Sequence record: PV544171.1
Source of the DNA: Enterococcus phage AllMyExes
Reading direction: 5' to 3' (one strand)
Length of the DNA stretch: 64,000 bases
The translations under genes and the position numbers were made by a program. Positions 28,059 to 39,317 of this stretch are shown piece by piece; positions within the stretch are counted from its first letter, which is position 1, and each line of letters begins with the position of its first letter. Below the pieces are notes generated by a model, which saw nothing but the letters and a program-made list of their open reading frames with translations, did not search any database and was not told where the DNA came from.

Positions 28059-31000
28059 ATGTCAGTAGAGTTAAGATACCCGAGATTTGATTTAACTTTT
28101 TTTACAGAGACAGACAACTACCATATAGTTTATGATGCAAAAGATGGGCTTACTGGACGTAATAACAATAACGGTGAAACAGAGAAGGTAAGCAATAATT
28201 TTATGGCAGAGTCTGTAATTAGTTTAACTACAAAAAATGCTTTAGAAGATGATAGTGCAGTCTTCTCCTTCGTATTAGCAGGGGATGTGTATTGGGATAG
28301 AGTGCTAAATGCTAATGATGCAGTTATTCTTAAAATAGACCCAGATACTTCCTCCACTAAAAAATCAGATAACCCTGTACTACTAGTTGGCTTAATATCT
28401 GAGGTCAGACTAGAGGGTGACTATGGAGAGAACTCTAAGATGTACAGGATAACAGGACAGTCTTTTGCAAAGGCATTAATGCAGTTCGACTTAGGTGTTA
28501 TTCAGGAAGTAAGTGTAGTTTTGACAGACTTAGGTTGGTTACCTGACGATGCACAAGAAGGTATAAAAATGTCTGGTAGTAGTGCAAGTCAAATAGCAGA
28601 AAGCCTAATGAAAAGATTTTTACAATATATGAAATTTAATTTTAATGGTCAAGGTATAGATAAGTTCTTAGAATGGGAACTAGATAGTTGGACAGAGGCG
28701 GAGAGACTAATAGATAGTACCCCTTACATAAACTATGAAGGTTCTTTAAAACAACTTATAGACGATGTAACCGCTAAACCGTTTAATGAATTGTATTTCG
28801 ATGCAACACCAGAGGGGAAATGCAGAATGATTATGCGTAGAACCCCATTTGATAAATCTGATTGGGAAAAATTACAAACCTACACAGTAACATCTGCAGA
28901 AGTAATATCCGAATCTGTAGCAGTTAACGATACAGAAGCTTACTCTATATTTAACATATCTATTAACAATTTGTATGGGACTGACTCTATGATGTTAGGT
29001 TCTAAACCACAAGTATTCCCTGATTTAGTTTCTAAATATGGTTATAAGAAACTAGAAGTACCTAATAGGTATTTAGAAGGGGCAATTATCGATAAGAGTA
29101 ACAGTGGAGATAAAGCTAACACAAAACCCGAAAGTGATAATGATAGTAAAGAGAGCGATGGCTCAACAGCTAAACAGATGTTTGACAGAGAGTACGCTCT
29201 TGTCTTAAACTATCTAAAAGGGTATCCTGTTGATGTGCTAAGAGTTAAAAAAAGTAATGTAAGAACATCAATAACACAAGTAGATAGACGTATAACAGAT
29301 AACGAAGCAGATAAAATTATAGACCACTATATTACAAATCAAGCATTAAGTAAGGAAGATTTTTCTAAATTTACAGGAATAACTGAGGAGAATATAGAAG
29401 AGGGTAACGGTAAGGTAGAGCCTACATATACCGCAGTTAGGGATTTCCTTAATGGGTTAGATAAAAACCTAGGAGTATCTAGCATAAAAGAGAAATTAAT
29501 GAACTACTTCAATTTGATACCTAACCAAGCCACGTCTATTGCTAGTGAATACAAAGCGCAAGGTAACTTAGGTAAACTAAAATATGAAGAAATAATGGAG
29601 AATAACCCAAGTGATAGCTCAACCGTCACTGGTTCAGACAAACGATTTGTTTCTGAGTTTACTAAAAGACTAGCAAATTGGTACTGTGAAAACGCTAATT
29701 TCTACAGTGGAGACATTGTAGTTAAAGGTGACCCTAAATATAGATTAGGTAACCGTTTGTTTGTTCAAGATGAGCAAAATGGTGAGTTGTGGGAATACTA
29801 CATAGAATCAGTAGAACACTCGTTTTCCTATACACAAGGGTATATCACTACTCTTGGGGTCACTAGAGGTTTACAAAATGGAGGAAACGATAGATTCACT
29901 CATTTATGGGGTAAATCTGAGGACTTCTCCGGAGGTATGCTAGGTGAGAAAACCTTACAAGCACTACTAGATGAACAAGCAGAGGCAAACAGCAAAAATG
30001 ATGGGGGCTCTGATAGTGGAGGTAGCTCAGGTAAAGAGTACACAGCAGGTGCAGGAACTCAGCTAGCGGTATTCCCATTAGACGTAATTAATGTAACTCA
30101 GGGAGAAAATGGCGGATACAGCCACATGGGAGCACTTGCAATAGACTTTTCAGATGGTACTCCTCATAAACCTTACTATGCACCATTTGACTGTGAATGT
30201 GTGTACACTGACTCTTACTCAGGGGTTGCATGGCAATCTCAAAAGCCTGTTAAATGTGTAGATGGTAGCGTTACTTACGTAACACTATTATGCGTACACG
30301 ACAACAACTGGGCAAGCAACAAAGTAGGGGATAAGAAAGCTAAAGGGGAAGTAATAGGGCACTCAGGGACTGCAGGACAAGCATCAGGAGACCATGCCCA
30401 CTTCGAGGTGTCTAAAGGTAAATGGCAAGGTTGGAGCACAAGCAGTGCGGGAGTTTACTTTATAAAAAATCCTTCTCATTTATACGATGTATTTTCTATA
30501 AAAAATAATGTAACTGGAAAAACAACTAAAATTATGAATGGTGGAGGGTACAATTGGCGTAGTATAGACTGGGACGATAAATCTGGTTCAGGTTCTGGAA
30601 AGAAAAAGACAGTTGGTGCTAGAGCCATGGCTACTCCATTCGGATTCCGTATGATGCGTAGCGCTCCGGTAGAACCAGAAGAGCCGAAAGTTGTTAAACA
30701 AGTAGAAACTAAAACAGTTGTTGAAAAGAAACCAAAAGTAGAAGTTAAAAAGCTCCCAATACTTTATGGGAATAACATTGCCACAGAAGCAACTAAATGG
30801 GGAAGAGCTCACTCGAAAACAGAGTCCACATTCCAATCTGCATTCAATTTTGGAGCTAATACAGATAAAGACCCATTTGAGGAAGACATTATAGCAACAG
30901 ACAGTGCAGGATTTGTTTGGTGGTGTTTCTACCATGCGGGCATATCACTATCTGGTGGAGCTAGAATGGTCACCACTCGTTCACTACTTTATGATAACCA

Positions 31001-31244
31001 ATTACAAACTATCTCTACTAGAGGTCAGAAGTCTTTAGAGTTATTTGATAAGATGAAGGTAGGAGATTTAGTTTGGTTTAACAGAGCTAGTCATGTAGGG
31101 ATATATTGTGGTGAGGGCAAGATGGTCTCTTGTAATGGAAAAGGTAACATGGATGAGTCCCCAAAAACAGGTATTGTTATTGTCGACATGTCTAAAGGTT
31201 ATTGGTGGAACGCTTTTGACGGAAATGTACGTAGATATAAATAA
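28059..31244 (+). CDS. tail-associated peptidoglycan hydrolase: M23 peptidase domain plus C-terminal NlpC/P60 (CHAP-like) domain
   Basis: M23 motifs HMGALAIDF...HDNNWAS...GHSGTAGQASGDHAHFEV lie at ~nt 30130-30430. NlpC/P60 Cys/His in GFVWWCFYHAG...SHVGIYCG lie at ~nt 30880-31210. Confidence 0.7.
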   Translation: MSVELRYPRFDLTFFTETDNYHIVYDAKDGLTGRNNNNGETEKVSNNFMAESVISLTTKNALEDDSAVFSFVLAGDVYWDRVLNANDAVILKIDPDTSSTKKSDNPVLLVGLISEVRLEGDYGENSKMYRITGQSFAKALMQFDLGVIQEVSVVLTDLGWLPDDAQEGIKMSGSSASQIAESLMKRFLQYMKFNFNGQGIDKFLEWELDSWTEAERLIDSTPYINYEGSLKQLIDDVTAKPFNELYFDATPEGKCRMIMRRTPFDKSDWEKLQTYTVTSAEVISESVAVNDTEAYSIFNISINNLYGTDSMMLGSKPQVFPDLVSKYGYKKLEVPNRYLEGAIIDKSNSGDKANTKPESDNDSKESDGSTAKQMFDREYALVLNYLKGYPVDVLRVKKSNVRTSITQVDRRITDNEADKIIDHYITNQALSKEDFSKFTGITEENIEEGNGKVEPTYTAVRDFLNGLDKNLGVSSIKEKLMNYFNLIPNQATSIASEYKAQGNLGKLKYEEIMENNPSDSSTVTGSDKRFVSEFTKRLANWYCENANFYSGDIVVKGDPKYRLGNRLFVQDEQNGELWEYYIESVEHSFSYTQGYITTLGVTRGLQNGGNDRFTHLWGKSEDFSGGMLGEKTLQALLDEQAEANSKNDGGSDSGGSSGKEYTAGAGTQLAVFPLDVINVTQGENGGYSHMGALAIDFSDGTPHKPYYAPFDCECVYTDSYSGVAWQSQKPVKCVDGSVTYVTLLCVHDNNWASNKVGDKKAKGEVIGHSGTAGQASGDHAHFEVSKGKWQGWSTSSAGVYFIKNPSHLYDVFSIKNNVTGKTTKIMNGGGYNWRSIDWDDKSGSGSGKKKTVGARAMATPFGFRMMRSAPVEPEEPKVVKQVETKTVVEKKPKVEVKKLPILYGNNIATEATKWGRAHSKTESTFQSAFNFGANTDKDPFEEDIIATDSAGFVWWCFYHAGISLSGGARMVTTRSLLYDNQLQTISTRGQKSLELFDKMKVGDLVWFNRASHVGIYCGEGKMVSCNGKGNMDESPKTGIVIVDMSKGYWWNAFDGNVRRYK

Positions 31245-31270
31245 CCCTATTTTTTAGGGTTATTTTTTTT
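31243..31270 (+). terminator. Rho-independent terminator
   Basis: AACCCTATTTTTTAGGGTT followed by T8. Confidence 0.6.
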
Positions 31271-31307
31271 GTATAGGTAGTTTTTAGTTATTGTGCTATA
31301 ATAGATA

Positions 31308-34300
31308 ATGAGGACACATGATGAGAGGATGAATAAATTGGTAAAACGTAGATTTCAAGCAGGTCTAGGCTCAGAAATTAAAAGAGTATATAAAGAAGGA
31401 CAACAAATTAACACGCTACTATTAGCACAAGTAATTCAAGTAAACTATAAATATAATACAGTAGACCTACTAGCTTTACAGCATAAAGAAGTATTTCAAA
31501 ATTCCTATGCAAATGAGGGACGTTTTTCTGCAAGACTTCCTATGGAATTTGGCGGTAGAAACATCGTTGGACAGCCTTATGGACAGGTTAACCCGATAGC
31601 AGTAGGAACAGTAGTACTAGTTGGTTTTATTAATTCCGATAAAGACATGCCTATTGTAATTAGTGTTTATAATAATAACGATGTAAGCAAGCAACTTTCA
31701 AGAACACAATTTTCAAATTCAGACCCTAAAGATTTAGAGTTAATTGGGGATATGCACCAAAAATTTAGTTTATACCCTTCATTGACATATGATAGCGTTG
31801 ATGGAGAAGGAGGACGTGTCGTTACTTTTTCTGGTAAATCATTTATTGCTTTTGATACAAAAGAAGTAGCTAACTCCTCTACAACTGATGCAGGTTATGG
31901 TACTAAGTATGAGGACTTAGAGACATCATACTATAATAATGGTGACCTAATAGAGCCTATGAAAGGTAGAGCACCAAATGTACTGTTTAAGCATCAAGGG
32001 GTACTTGATGATGATGGCAAACCAGATTTGCACGATTTGCTAATTCATATTAACCCAGATGGTACTTATAGAACTTCTATGATGAACAAAGAAGAGGATT
32101 GGCGTACACTATTTGAAATGACACCAGATGGCAGAGTTAAATTAAGAAAACAAGACTCTATTAATATTGATGGTGGCATAGAAATAAGTGAGCTAGGAAT
32201 CAACAATGAGGGGTTCGTTTATTTACGTAATGGGGATATGGATTTAGAAGTACGAAAAGATGGTATCTATTCACAAGGGAAACTGTTTACAGCCGATGTA
32301 GACCTATCCGATGTATATGACAAACTAAATGGGTTGTCTATACAGATTAAGGAAACAAATGGTCAATTAGAGATTATAGCTAATGGTGTAGAAGAACAAA
32401 ATGGAAAAATATCAGAACTTTCTACAGAAATAACAATTGTAGCAGGTAAAGTTGAATCAAAAGTAACAAAGACAGAAGTTCAGGATATGATTGACAGTTC
32501 TTTTGTAGATATGTCTGATGCGATTAAAAAAGCACAAGAAGATGCTGACAAAGCAAATAAAGTGATTGCAGATATGTCTAGTGATAACAGGTTGACTCCA
32601 AGTGAAAAAATAGATTTATTAAAAGAATGGGATATTATAAAAAATGAATATCCAAGCTATCTTGAACAAGCAGAGACCTACGAGGTTGACAGTAAAGACT
32701 ACACTGCTAAGTACAATTCATTAGAGCTATTTGTTACCCCTATATTGGCTGACATGGAATCAACTAGCTCAGTAGACGGAGCAACACTTCGCAAAACGTT
32801 TAATTCTTACTATACAGCAAGAATAGCTTTACTAAATTCTATTAGTAAAAAACTAAAAGACGGTATCACAGAGGCTATGAAAAAAGCATCCCAAGCATCA
32901 CTAGATGCAACACAAGCAATGGCAGATGCCTCACAAGCTAAGATTGATGCAGATAATGCTAACAAACTTATATCTGATATAGCAAGTGATAATAAGCTGA
33001 CACCTTCTGAAAAATACCAACTTAAAAAGGAATGGGATGTAATTGTTAAGGAATACCCTACAACAATTGCACAAGCAGAGAAGTACGCAGTAGACACAGC
33101 AGAGTATACAGCTAAATATAAAGCCCTAGAGCTGTTTGTAGAGCCTTTGTTTAAAGACATGGATGAAACTAGTATAGTAGATGGAGAACGCCTTAGAGCG
33201 ACATTCTCGGACTATTACGCAAGTAAGATTGCGTTACTAAAAGAAGTAACGGATTCAGCTAAAACAGAGCTAGATGCCTATGGTAATAAAATATCTGTAA
33301 TGGAAACAAACATTACTCAAACGTCAGAAGCTATTACTTTACTAGCTACTAGAGTACAAACTGTAGAAGACGGTGTACAATCAAATAAGGCACAAATCGA
33401 AATACAAGCTGAACAAATTAGTCAAAAAGTAACTGCTAGTGAGGTTAAAGGAATTGTAGACGATTCTATTAACAATCTAACATTAGGTGGAACTAACTTA
33501 TTTGTTATAAAGACACAGACAGCAGGTTTACTAAACGAGAATGATGGAACTGTAGGTACTGCAGTAGACAACTCAGTAGTGTCAGACTACATTAAAGTTA
33601 ATCAAAAAACACCATATATTGCTACACTTTATGGTAACACTGGCACAAACATGATTATAACAGACTGGTACGATAAAAATAGAACATTTATTTCTGGGGA
33701 AGCTGTGGCAGACTCTGGGGATTTTAGTAAAAAGTATGTATCACCCGAGAACGCAGTTTATGCTAGAGTAAGTTATAAGAAAGCAAACTCTGTGAATATC
33801 AAATTCGAGGCAGGTACAAAGGCTACTGATTACAGCCCTTCATGGGAAGACATAAAAGGTGACCAAACTGCTTTAGAGGAATACATTAAAAAAGTAGAAG
33901 AACAAGCCAAGAAAGCTCAACAAGATGCTGAAAATGCTAAAAATGATGCTGAAAATGCAAATAACGCAATAGCTGATATGTCGAATGACAATATGTTAGC
34001 ACCGAATGAGAAAAAACAAATACTCTTACAATGGGAACAGATTAAAACAGAGTATCCAATAAACTTAGACCAAGCAACTAAATTTGGAGTGTCTTCTCAA
34101 CAGTATACAACAGCATATAACGCACTAGACGAGTACTTAAAACCGATACTAGCTGATATGACAACAACTTCTGTAGTAGTTGGTTCTACTTTAAGAAATA
34201 CGTTTAACAATTACTATGACAAAAGAACTACTTTGCTAAACAGAATATCTGACGTAGCAAAAAATGTAGCAGATAAGGCGCAAGAAACTGCAGATACTAT

Positions 34301-36806
34301 CAATGATAATTTACAAAATATTGGTGGGTACAACTATGTAGGGTTCTCTTCCGGAGACAATATGTTGCCTAGACTAATGATTAAAAACGTTGGTTACTAC
34401 ACATTAGGTTCGTCAACCACAGAGTTCATTGACAGCATGGTAGCTGTAAAAGGTGATGCAACGACCCAACCTTTCGATTATACTGTAGGTACTTCTGATA
34501 AAGAAATTGCTGGTGGCGGTTTAGCTGATTACCGTATGAAAGAAGTAAAAGAAGGTCAGTGGCTAACAGCTTCTGCAAATGTGCAGGTAATAGGTGGTGG
34601 CTCCGCTAGATTAGCTATCTACACTTTAGAAGGGGATAACTGGGTAGGCTCTAATAGTACACCTATACAAGTAAGTGATGGTTTGAAACGTGTTGTGGCT
34701 CAAAGAAAAGTAACAGGCTTAACAAAAGGTGTGCTAATACGTATTGAGTCAGCAGACACTAATGTTAAAGAGTTTCGATTTGGTAATGTTCAACTAGAAG
34801 TTGGTATTATCCCAACTCCTTGGAAAAAGTCTGATATAGATATTCAAGAGGACATAAACAATGTTGTTCAGAATATAAAAACATACACTGCTTGGGCTAA
34901 CGATTTACAGGGTCTTGATTTTACAAGAGAAAAGGTTGAAGGAAAAACTTACATGTATGTAGGTACCTCTATGAAAGATAGTGATAACTATTCAGATTAT
35001 ACATGGAGGCTAACTGATGAACATATAGAAGGTCAGATTAATGGTAAGGAAGGCGCATGGATTTATTCTCCAACAGCCCCTACTAATCCATCGCAAGGGC
35101 TTATATGGGTAGACTTGTCAAAAGTACCTAACCAACCTAAGCGTTGGGTAGATTCAGAAACTGGGTGGGTTGCATTAACACCAGAAGAGGTTAAAGATTT
35201 ACCTTGGGGTGAAGATGGCACAAACTTAGCTGACTGGGTAGCACAGGCAGAGCAGAGAATATCTTCCGATAGCATTATAAATACTGTACTAGGTTCTGAG
35301 GATTTTACTAGTGTGTTTGATACAAAGGCTAACACTACTGACCTAGATAACTTAGCTACCTATGAAGATTTAGACTCAATAAAAGAGGACTATAACCGAC
35401 TAATCAAAGAAGGCATAAACGGTATTGATTTTACCCCTTATGTAACTAACTCCGAACTACAACAGCTTAAAGACAGCTTTAACTTCTCTGTTCAACAAGC
35501 CGGAGGAGTTAACATGCTTAAAAACTCTTTAGGATTCTCTGGGTTAGACTTCTGGGATGGTACAGTAGGGAAGAACTTATTACCTAACTCTACTTGGAAT
35601 TTAGGTTTCGGTAGATGGGGTGGCGCTTCAATCGCTAGTTTTGAAATATTACCACCAGAAGACGACAAGCCTACAAGTCATATACTGGGTTCAATAGGTT
35701 CTCGTTCTTCTACTAAAGAAATAGGTAATAGACCCCACCCATTAAAAGTTAACTCTGGTGAAACGTATACAATAAGCTTTGATTATAAAGAAGAGGCATT
35801 GGCTTATGATAAGGACAGACCTATCCTTGTTGTTAGAAACTACCCTGATAAGGACACAGACCAATGGATGGAGTACTCAATAGAAGGTTGGGCAGTAATG
35901 GCTAACGGAAGCACTACTGACTTAACTGTTTGGAGACGTTTTACAAAAACATTTACAATAGGTACTAGTGGCTACTTAGATATTTTACCTAAAACTATAG
36001 TAGAGTCATGGACACACAGGTCTTTTTGGAGAGAGCTAAAAATAGAGGAAGGGTCACAAGCTACTACTTGGGTACCTAACAAGGAAGACGGGGCGTTTAC
36101 CGGTGGTATTGTTGAAACTACCCAAACAGAAGAACTAGCTAACCTCGGGTTCGGTTCGGGATTTGTTAGTTCTAAAAGACCTAGCTCTTCATTAACACAG
36201 TCTGTAGAACTACCTGAAATAGGTGCTAACCTTGAGTATTCACTATCTTTTTATATGAAGGTAACTACAGACAATCCTGTAGCCGACTTTAAATGTGGTA
36301 TTCGGGTTTATGAGGGGGATACTCTAACTTATACATTAGGCATAGAAGATGCAACACAGCCAATACCACTAGGGTTCCAACAATACAAGCTTGTGTTCAC
36401 TCCCACAAGTACCTCTACTAAAATAGAAATGTTTGTAGAGAATGGACAAGAGGCATCTGTTATTATATCAGGTATTATGTATAATATCGGGAATATACCT
36501 CTTAAATGGCAACCATATCCAAGTGAGATATACAATACGAATGTTAAGATTGATATTAATGGGGTAACTGTTAAAAACAATCAAACAGATGGGTACACAA
36601 TGATTACCCCCCAAGAGTTCTCAGGGTATTCTCGTATTGATGGTAACATAGAACGTATTTTCACTTTAAATGGGCAGGTAACAGAAGTTAAAATGCTAAA
36701 GGCTGAAAAACGTATAACTATGGAACCAGTATCTGTGTTTGCTATGAATACAGTAACAGATACAAAAAGAATTAGAGGTTGGGCATTTGTACCATCATTT
36801 GAATAA
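31308..36806 (+). CDS. very large baseplate/fibre structural protein with three ~100-aa tandem repeats and several carbohydrate-binding-like modules
   Basis: 1832 aa. Repeats DA(D/E)(K/N)AN..IADMSSDN.LTPSEK...EYP...YTAKY..LE..V.P lie at ~nt 32530-32830, 32930-33240 and 33925-34250. Modules end in LEVGIIPTPW, IEEGSQATTW and NIPLKWQPYP. Confidence 0.55.
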   Translation: MRTHDERMNKLVKRRFQAGLGSEIKRVYKEGQQINTLLLAQVIQVNYKYNTVDLLALQHKEVFQNSYANEGRFSARLPMEFGGRNIVGQPYGQVNPIAVGTVVLVGFINSDKDMPIVISVYNNNDVSKQLSRTQFSNSDPKDLELIGDMHQKFSLYPSLTYDSVDGEGGRVVTFSGKSFIAFDTKEVANSSTTDAGYGTKYEDLETSYYNNGDLIEPMKGRAPNVLFKHQGVLDDDGKPDLHDLLIHINPDGTYRTSMMNKEEDWRTLFEMTPDGRVKLRKQDSINIDGGIEISELGINNEGFVYLRNGDMDLEVRKDGIYSQGKLFTADVDLSDVYDKLNGLSIQIKETNGQLEIIANGVEEQNGKISELSTEITIVAGKVESKVTKTEVQDMIDSSFVDMSDAIKKAQEDADKANKVIADMSSDNRLTPSEKIDLLKEWDIIKNEYPSYLEQAETYEVDSKDYTAKYNSLELFVTPILADMESTSSVDGATLRKTFNSYYTARIALLNSISKKLKDGITEAMKKASQASLDATQAMADASQAKIDADNANKLISDIASDNKLTPSEKYQLKKEWDVIVKEYPTTIAQAEKYAVDTAEYTAKYKALELFVEPLFKDMDETSIVDGERLRATFSDYYASKIALLKEVTDSAKTELDAYGNKISVMETNITQTSEAITLLATRVQTVEDGVQSNKAQIEIQAEQISQKVTASEVKGIVDDSINNLTLGGTNLFVIKTQTAGLLNENDGTVGTAVDNSVVSDYIKVNQKTPYIATLYGNTGTNMIITDWYDKNRTFISGEAVADSGDFSKKYVSPENAVYARVSYKKANSVNIKFEAGTKATDYSPSWEDIKGDQTALEEYIKKVEEQAKKAQQDAENAKNDAENANNAIADMSNDNMLAPNEKKQILLQWEQIKTEYPINLDQATKFGVSSQQYTTAYNALDEYLKPILADMTTTSVVVGSTLRNTFNNYYDKRTTLLNRISDVAKNVADKAQETADTINDNLQNIGGYNYVGFSSGDNMLPRLMIKNVGYYTLGSSTTEFIDSMVAVKGDATTQPFDYTVGTSDKEIAGGGLADYRMKEVKEGQWLTASANVQVIGGGSARLAIYTLEGDNWVGSNSTPIQVSDGLKRVVAQRKVTGLTKGVLIRIESADTNVKEFRFGNVQLEVGIIPTPWKKSDIDIQEDINNVVQNIKTYTAWANDLQGLDFTREKVEGKTYMYVGTSMKDSDNYSDYTWRLTDEHIEGQINGKEGAWIYSPTAPTNPSQGLIWVDLSKVPNQPKRWVDSETGWVALTPEEVKDLPWGEDGTNLADWVAQAEQRISSDSIINTVLGSEDFTSVFDTKANTTDLDNLATYEDLDSIKEDYNRLIKEGINGIDFTPYVTNSELQQLKDSFNFSVQQAGGVNMLKNSLGFSGLDFWDGTVGKNLLPNSTWNLGFGRWGGASIASFEILPPEDDKPTSHILGSIGSRSSTKEIGNRPHPLKVNSGETYTISFDYKEEALAYDKDRPILVVRNYPDKDTDQWMEYSIEGWAVMANGSTTDLTVWRRFTKTFTIGTSGYLDILPKTIVESWTHRSFWRELKIEEGSQATTWVPNKEDGAFTGGIVETTQTEELANLGFGSGFVSSKRPSSSLTQSVELPEIGANLEYSLSFYMKVTTDNPVADFKCGIRVYEGDTLTYTLGIEDATQPIPLGFQQYKLVFTPTSTSTKIEMFVENGQEASVIISGIMYNIGNIPLKWQPYPSEIYNTNVKIDINGVTVKNNQTDGYTMITPQEFSGYSRIDGNIERIFTLNGQVTEVKMLKAEKRITMEPVSVFAMNTVTDTKRIRGWAFVPSFE

Positions 36807-36821
36807 ATAATTCAACTTTTT

Positions 36822-36860
36822 AACCGAAAACTTCACTTACAAGTCGTTTTCGGTTAATTT
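36822..36860 (+). terminator. Rho-independent terminator
   Basis: AACCGAAAAC...GTTTTCGGTT (10-bp stem) followed by AATTTGTGTT. Confidence 0.55.
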
Positions 36861-36905
36861 GTGTTATACTATATAGAGAAGGACACGAAAGGACGATGAG
36901 ACTAT

Positions 36906-39317
36906 ATGGCTTTAAACGGAACAAAGTATACAGCCTTTGCCCGACATAGATTAGTTTTAGAGTGGCGCGCAAATCAAAACATTGCAGGGAACTACTCAAC
37001 AATCAGCGTATGGCTATACCTACAATCTATGGATAAATGGGGTAGACTTGATGCTCCCGCTATCGGTGATGCCAAAGTTACCGTAGAAGGAACTACACAG
37101 ACAGAAAAAGCTTCCTCTATGTTAAATGCTTTCCAAAAGAAACTATTACTAGCTAAAGAGTGGAGAGTTAACCATAATAATGACGGTTCTAAAAGAATAA
37201 CTATTGGAGGTAGCTACTTTGTAAACGTTACTTTTACTGATAACGGTGTACCAACATATTATGGTACGATAACTATACCTAATTTTTCAGTAGACCTAAA
37301 TAGAATACCTAGAAGAAGTTCATTAAACCCTGTCCCTACATTAAATTTACCGGGGAACTTACCAATAACAATAAATAGGCAGAGCTCCACATTCAAACAT
37401 AATCTAACTGCTTGGGTGGCTAACAGAGATAACCCCACATTAAACAATGATGACCATTGGACGTACTTGACAAACCTTAATGATGTAGGCACTAGTGGAG
37501 CGTTTAGTTTTACAGTAGCAAATAACAAAACTATTTTTACTGCATTAAACAAAAGAACTAGTTGGCAAGGCAAGGTTAAACTCTGGACTATAGGGTTAGA
37601 TGATGTAGTTAGTCAGGAAAGAACATACAAGATTGTCCCCCCAATGAATGCACAAGCATCGGGAGGTAAGATAACCTTAAATGTGGGAGAGAAAATCAAT
37701 GTATCACTAAGTAACTATCGGTCTGATGCAAACTTTACTTATGATGGGGTATTTAACATTAGTGGGCTCAACATACCTATTGCTACAAATTCAGCAGGGA
37801 ACACAATGTCGTATACACTAACTCAAACAGATGTAGACAATATATTGAAGAAAATACCAAATGCGGATTCCTCGTGGGGTCAAGTAACTGTAACAAGTAA
37901 GTATAGTGGAGTACAATACAGGACTCCATGGACAGGACAGAGAATAGATATAACTATACCTAAAAACAAGTATGTACCAAGCATTAATGGTACCCCTACT
38001 TATGAAGATACAAGTAATGTCTCTGTCGGGCTTACAGGTAACAATCAGGTAGCCCTTCAAGGTAAGTCTAATATCAAAGTGATTATCCCTGCTAACTTTG
38101 CAACGGCTAATGGTTACTCTACTTTGAAAACAATTGATGTGTCTTTAGGTGGTACATCAAAAACAATCAACTATTCAAATGCAGAAACAGTTGTAGAACT
38201 AGGAGCACCTGCTAACCATACATCAGATACATTAATAGTCACAGTAACTGACAGTCGTGGGTTTAAGTCTAACTGGACAAAACATGTAGACATTTATCCC
38301 TATGAAAATCCAAATATGGACTTTACAGTCGCACGTAGAAATAACTTTGAGACAACGACAGATATTAATGTTAATAGTACATGGTCTCCTATCACTATAG
38401 GTGGTGTAAACAAAAATGCTATCCAATCAGTAACCTACGCAACAAAAGTAGCAGGTGTTGGTACTTATGGAGCAGAAACTGCTTTAAATTTTACAGCTAA
38501 TGGTAGTATGGTAACAGTAAAAAATACACCAATAGAATTAGATAATACCAATACATACGAAGTTAGGTTGAGTGTAACTGATAAGTTTAGTACGTTTACT
38601 AGAACAGCTACTGTTAAACCGGGTAACCCTATCATGTTTATTGATGCCGATAATCGAAGTCTGTTTTTAGGTAATGCCTTTGTTGACAATAACAATAATG
38701 AGCTAAGAGGCTTATTAGAGATAGAAAGAGATAAGTGGCAGGAGAATGGTTTAGTAGGAATATCCTTAAACAACAGTGATATATCAGCAGTCAATGGCAT
38801 ATGGTTCTCGACAGATACATCAAATAACGGAGGTGAAGGAGTTCACTTTATTAAATCAGGTAAACCAAGAAACTCCTTAAAGTGGGAGGACTATGACTAC
38901 GTTTATATGAGGGACAATGGATTCTATGTTAACAATGACTCTAATCCTATATTTGAAGTTTCTGACACTGGTACGATGACGTTTCCTACTAAACAGCTTT
39001 GGAAAGGGGCTGCCTATTTAAATGAGAAACAAGAAGTTTTACCTAGCAAAAAATTAACAGAGTGCCGAAACGGATGGGTTTTGACCTTCTCCGCATATGA
39101 GTCAGGTGCAGGGCAACCTTGGGATATAACTCAGGTATTTATTCACAAGTCTGTACTAGACCAGTTTAACACAAGAGGGTTTAGGGCTATAATAGGTCAT
39201 GGAACTACGATAACATTTAAATATATGTATATAACTGACGGTCGTATTGGTGGTAATGTTAATAATGGGACAGGAGTTAACAATGGCATTGTTATAAGGG
39301 AGGTATCAGAATGGTAG
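36906..39317 (+). CDS. tail fibre / receptor-binding protein candidate
   Basis: 803 aa, rich in Thr/Asn/Gly (beta-rich). Position in the fibre block. Confidence 0.5.
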   Translation: MALNGTKYTAFARHRLVLEWRANQNIAGNYSTISVWLYLQSMDKWGRLDAPAIGDAKVTVEGTTQTEKASSMLNAFQKKLLLAKEWRVNHNNDGSKRITIGGSYFVNVTFTDNGVPTYYGTITIPNFSVDLNRIPRRSSLNPVPTLNLPGNLPITINRQSSTFKHNLTAWVANRDNPTLNNDDHWTYLTNLNDVGTSGAFSFTVANNKTIFTALNKRTSWQGKVKLWTIGLDDVVSQERTYKIVPPMNAQASGGKITLNVGEKINVSLSNYRSDANFTYDGVFNISGLNIPIATNSAGNTMSYTLTQTDVDNILKKIPNADSSWGQVTVTSKYSGVQYRTPWTGQRIDITIPKNKYVPSINGTPTYEDTSNVSVGLTGNNQVALQGKSNIKVIIPANFATANGYSTLKTIDVSLGGTSKTINYSNAETVVELGAPANHTSDTLIVTVTDSRGFKSNWTKHVDIYPYENPNMDFTVARRNNFETTTDINVNSTWSPITIGGVNKNAIQSVTYATKVAGVGTYGAETALNFTANGSMVTVKNTPIELDNTNTYEVRLSVTDKFSTFTRTATVKPGNPIMFIDADNRSLFLGNAFVDNNNNELRGLLEIERDKWQENGLVGISLNNSDISAVNGIWFSTDTSNNGGEGVHFIKSGKPRNSLKWEDYDYVYMRDNGFYVNNDSNPIFEVSDTGTMTFPTKQLWKGAAYLNEKQEVLPSKKLTECRNGWVLTFSAYESGAGQPWDITQVFIHKSVLDQFNTRGFRAIIGHGTTITFKYMYITDGRIGGNVNNGTGVNNGIVIREVSEW

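Noticed and set aside
32810-33160. 116-aa minus-strand ORF
   Set aside because: It is embedded antisense in the 1832-aa structural gene and has no RBS. Other short minus-strand ORFs inside large plus-strand genes (for example 37259..37573 and 48056..48853) were rejected likewise.
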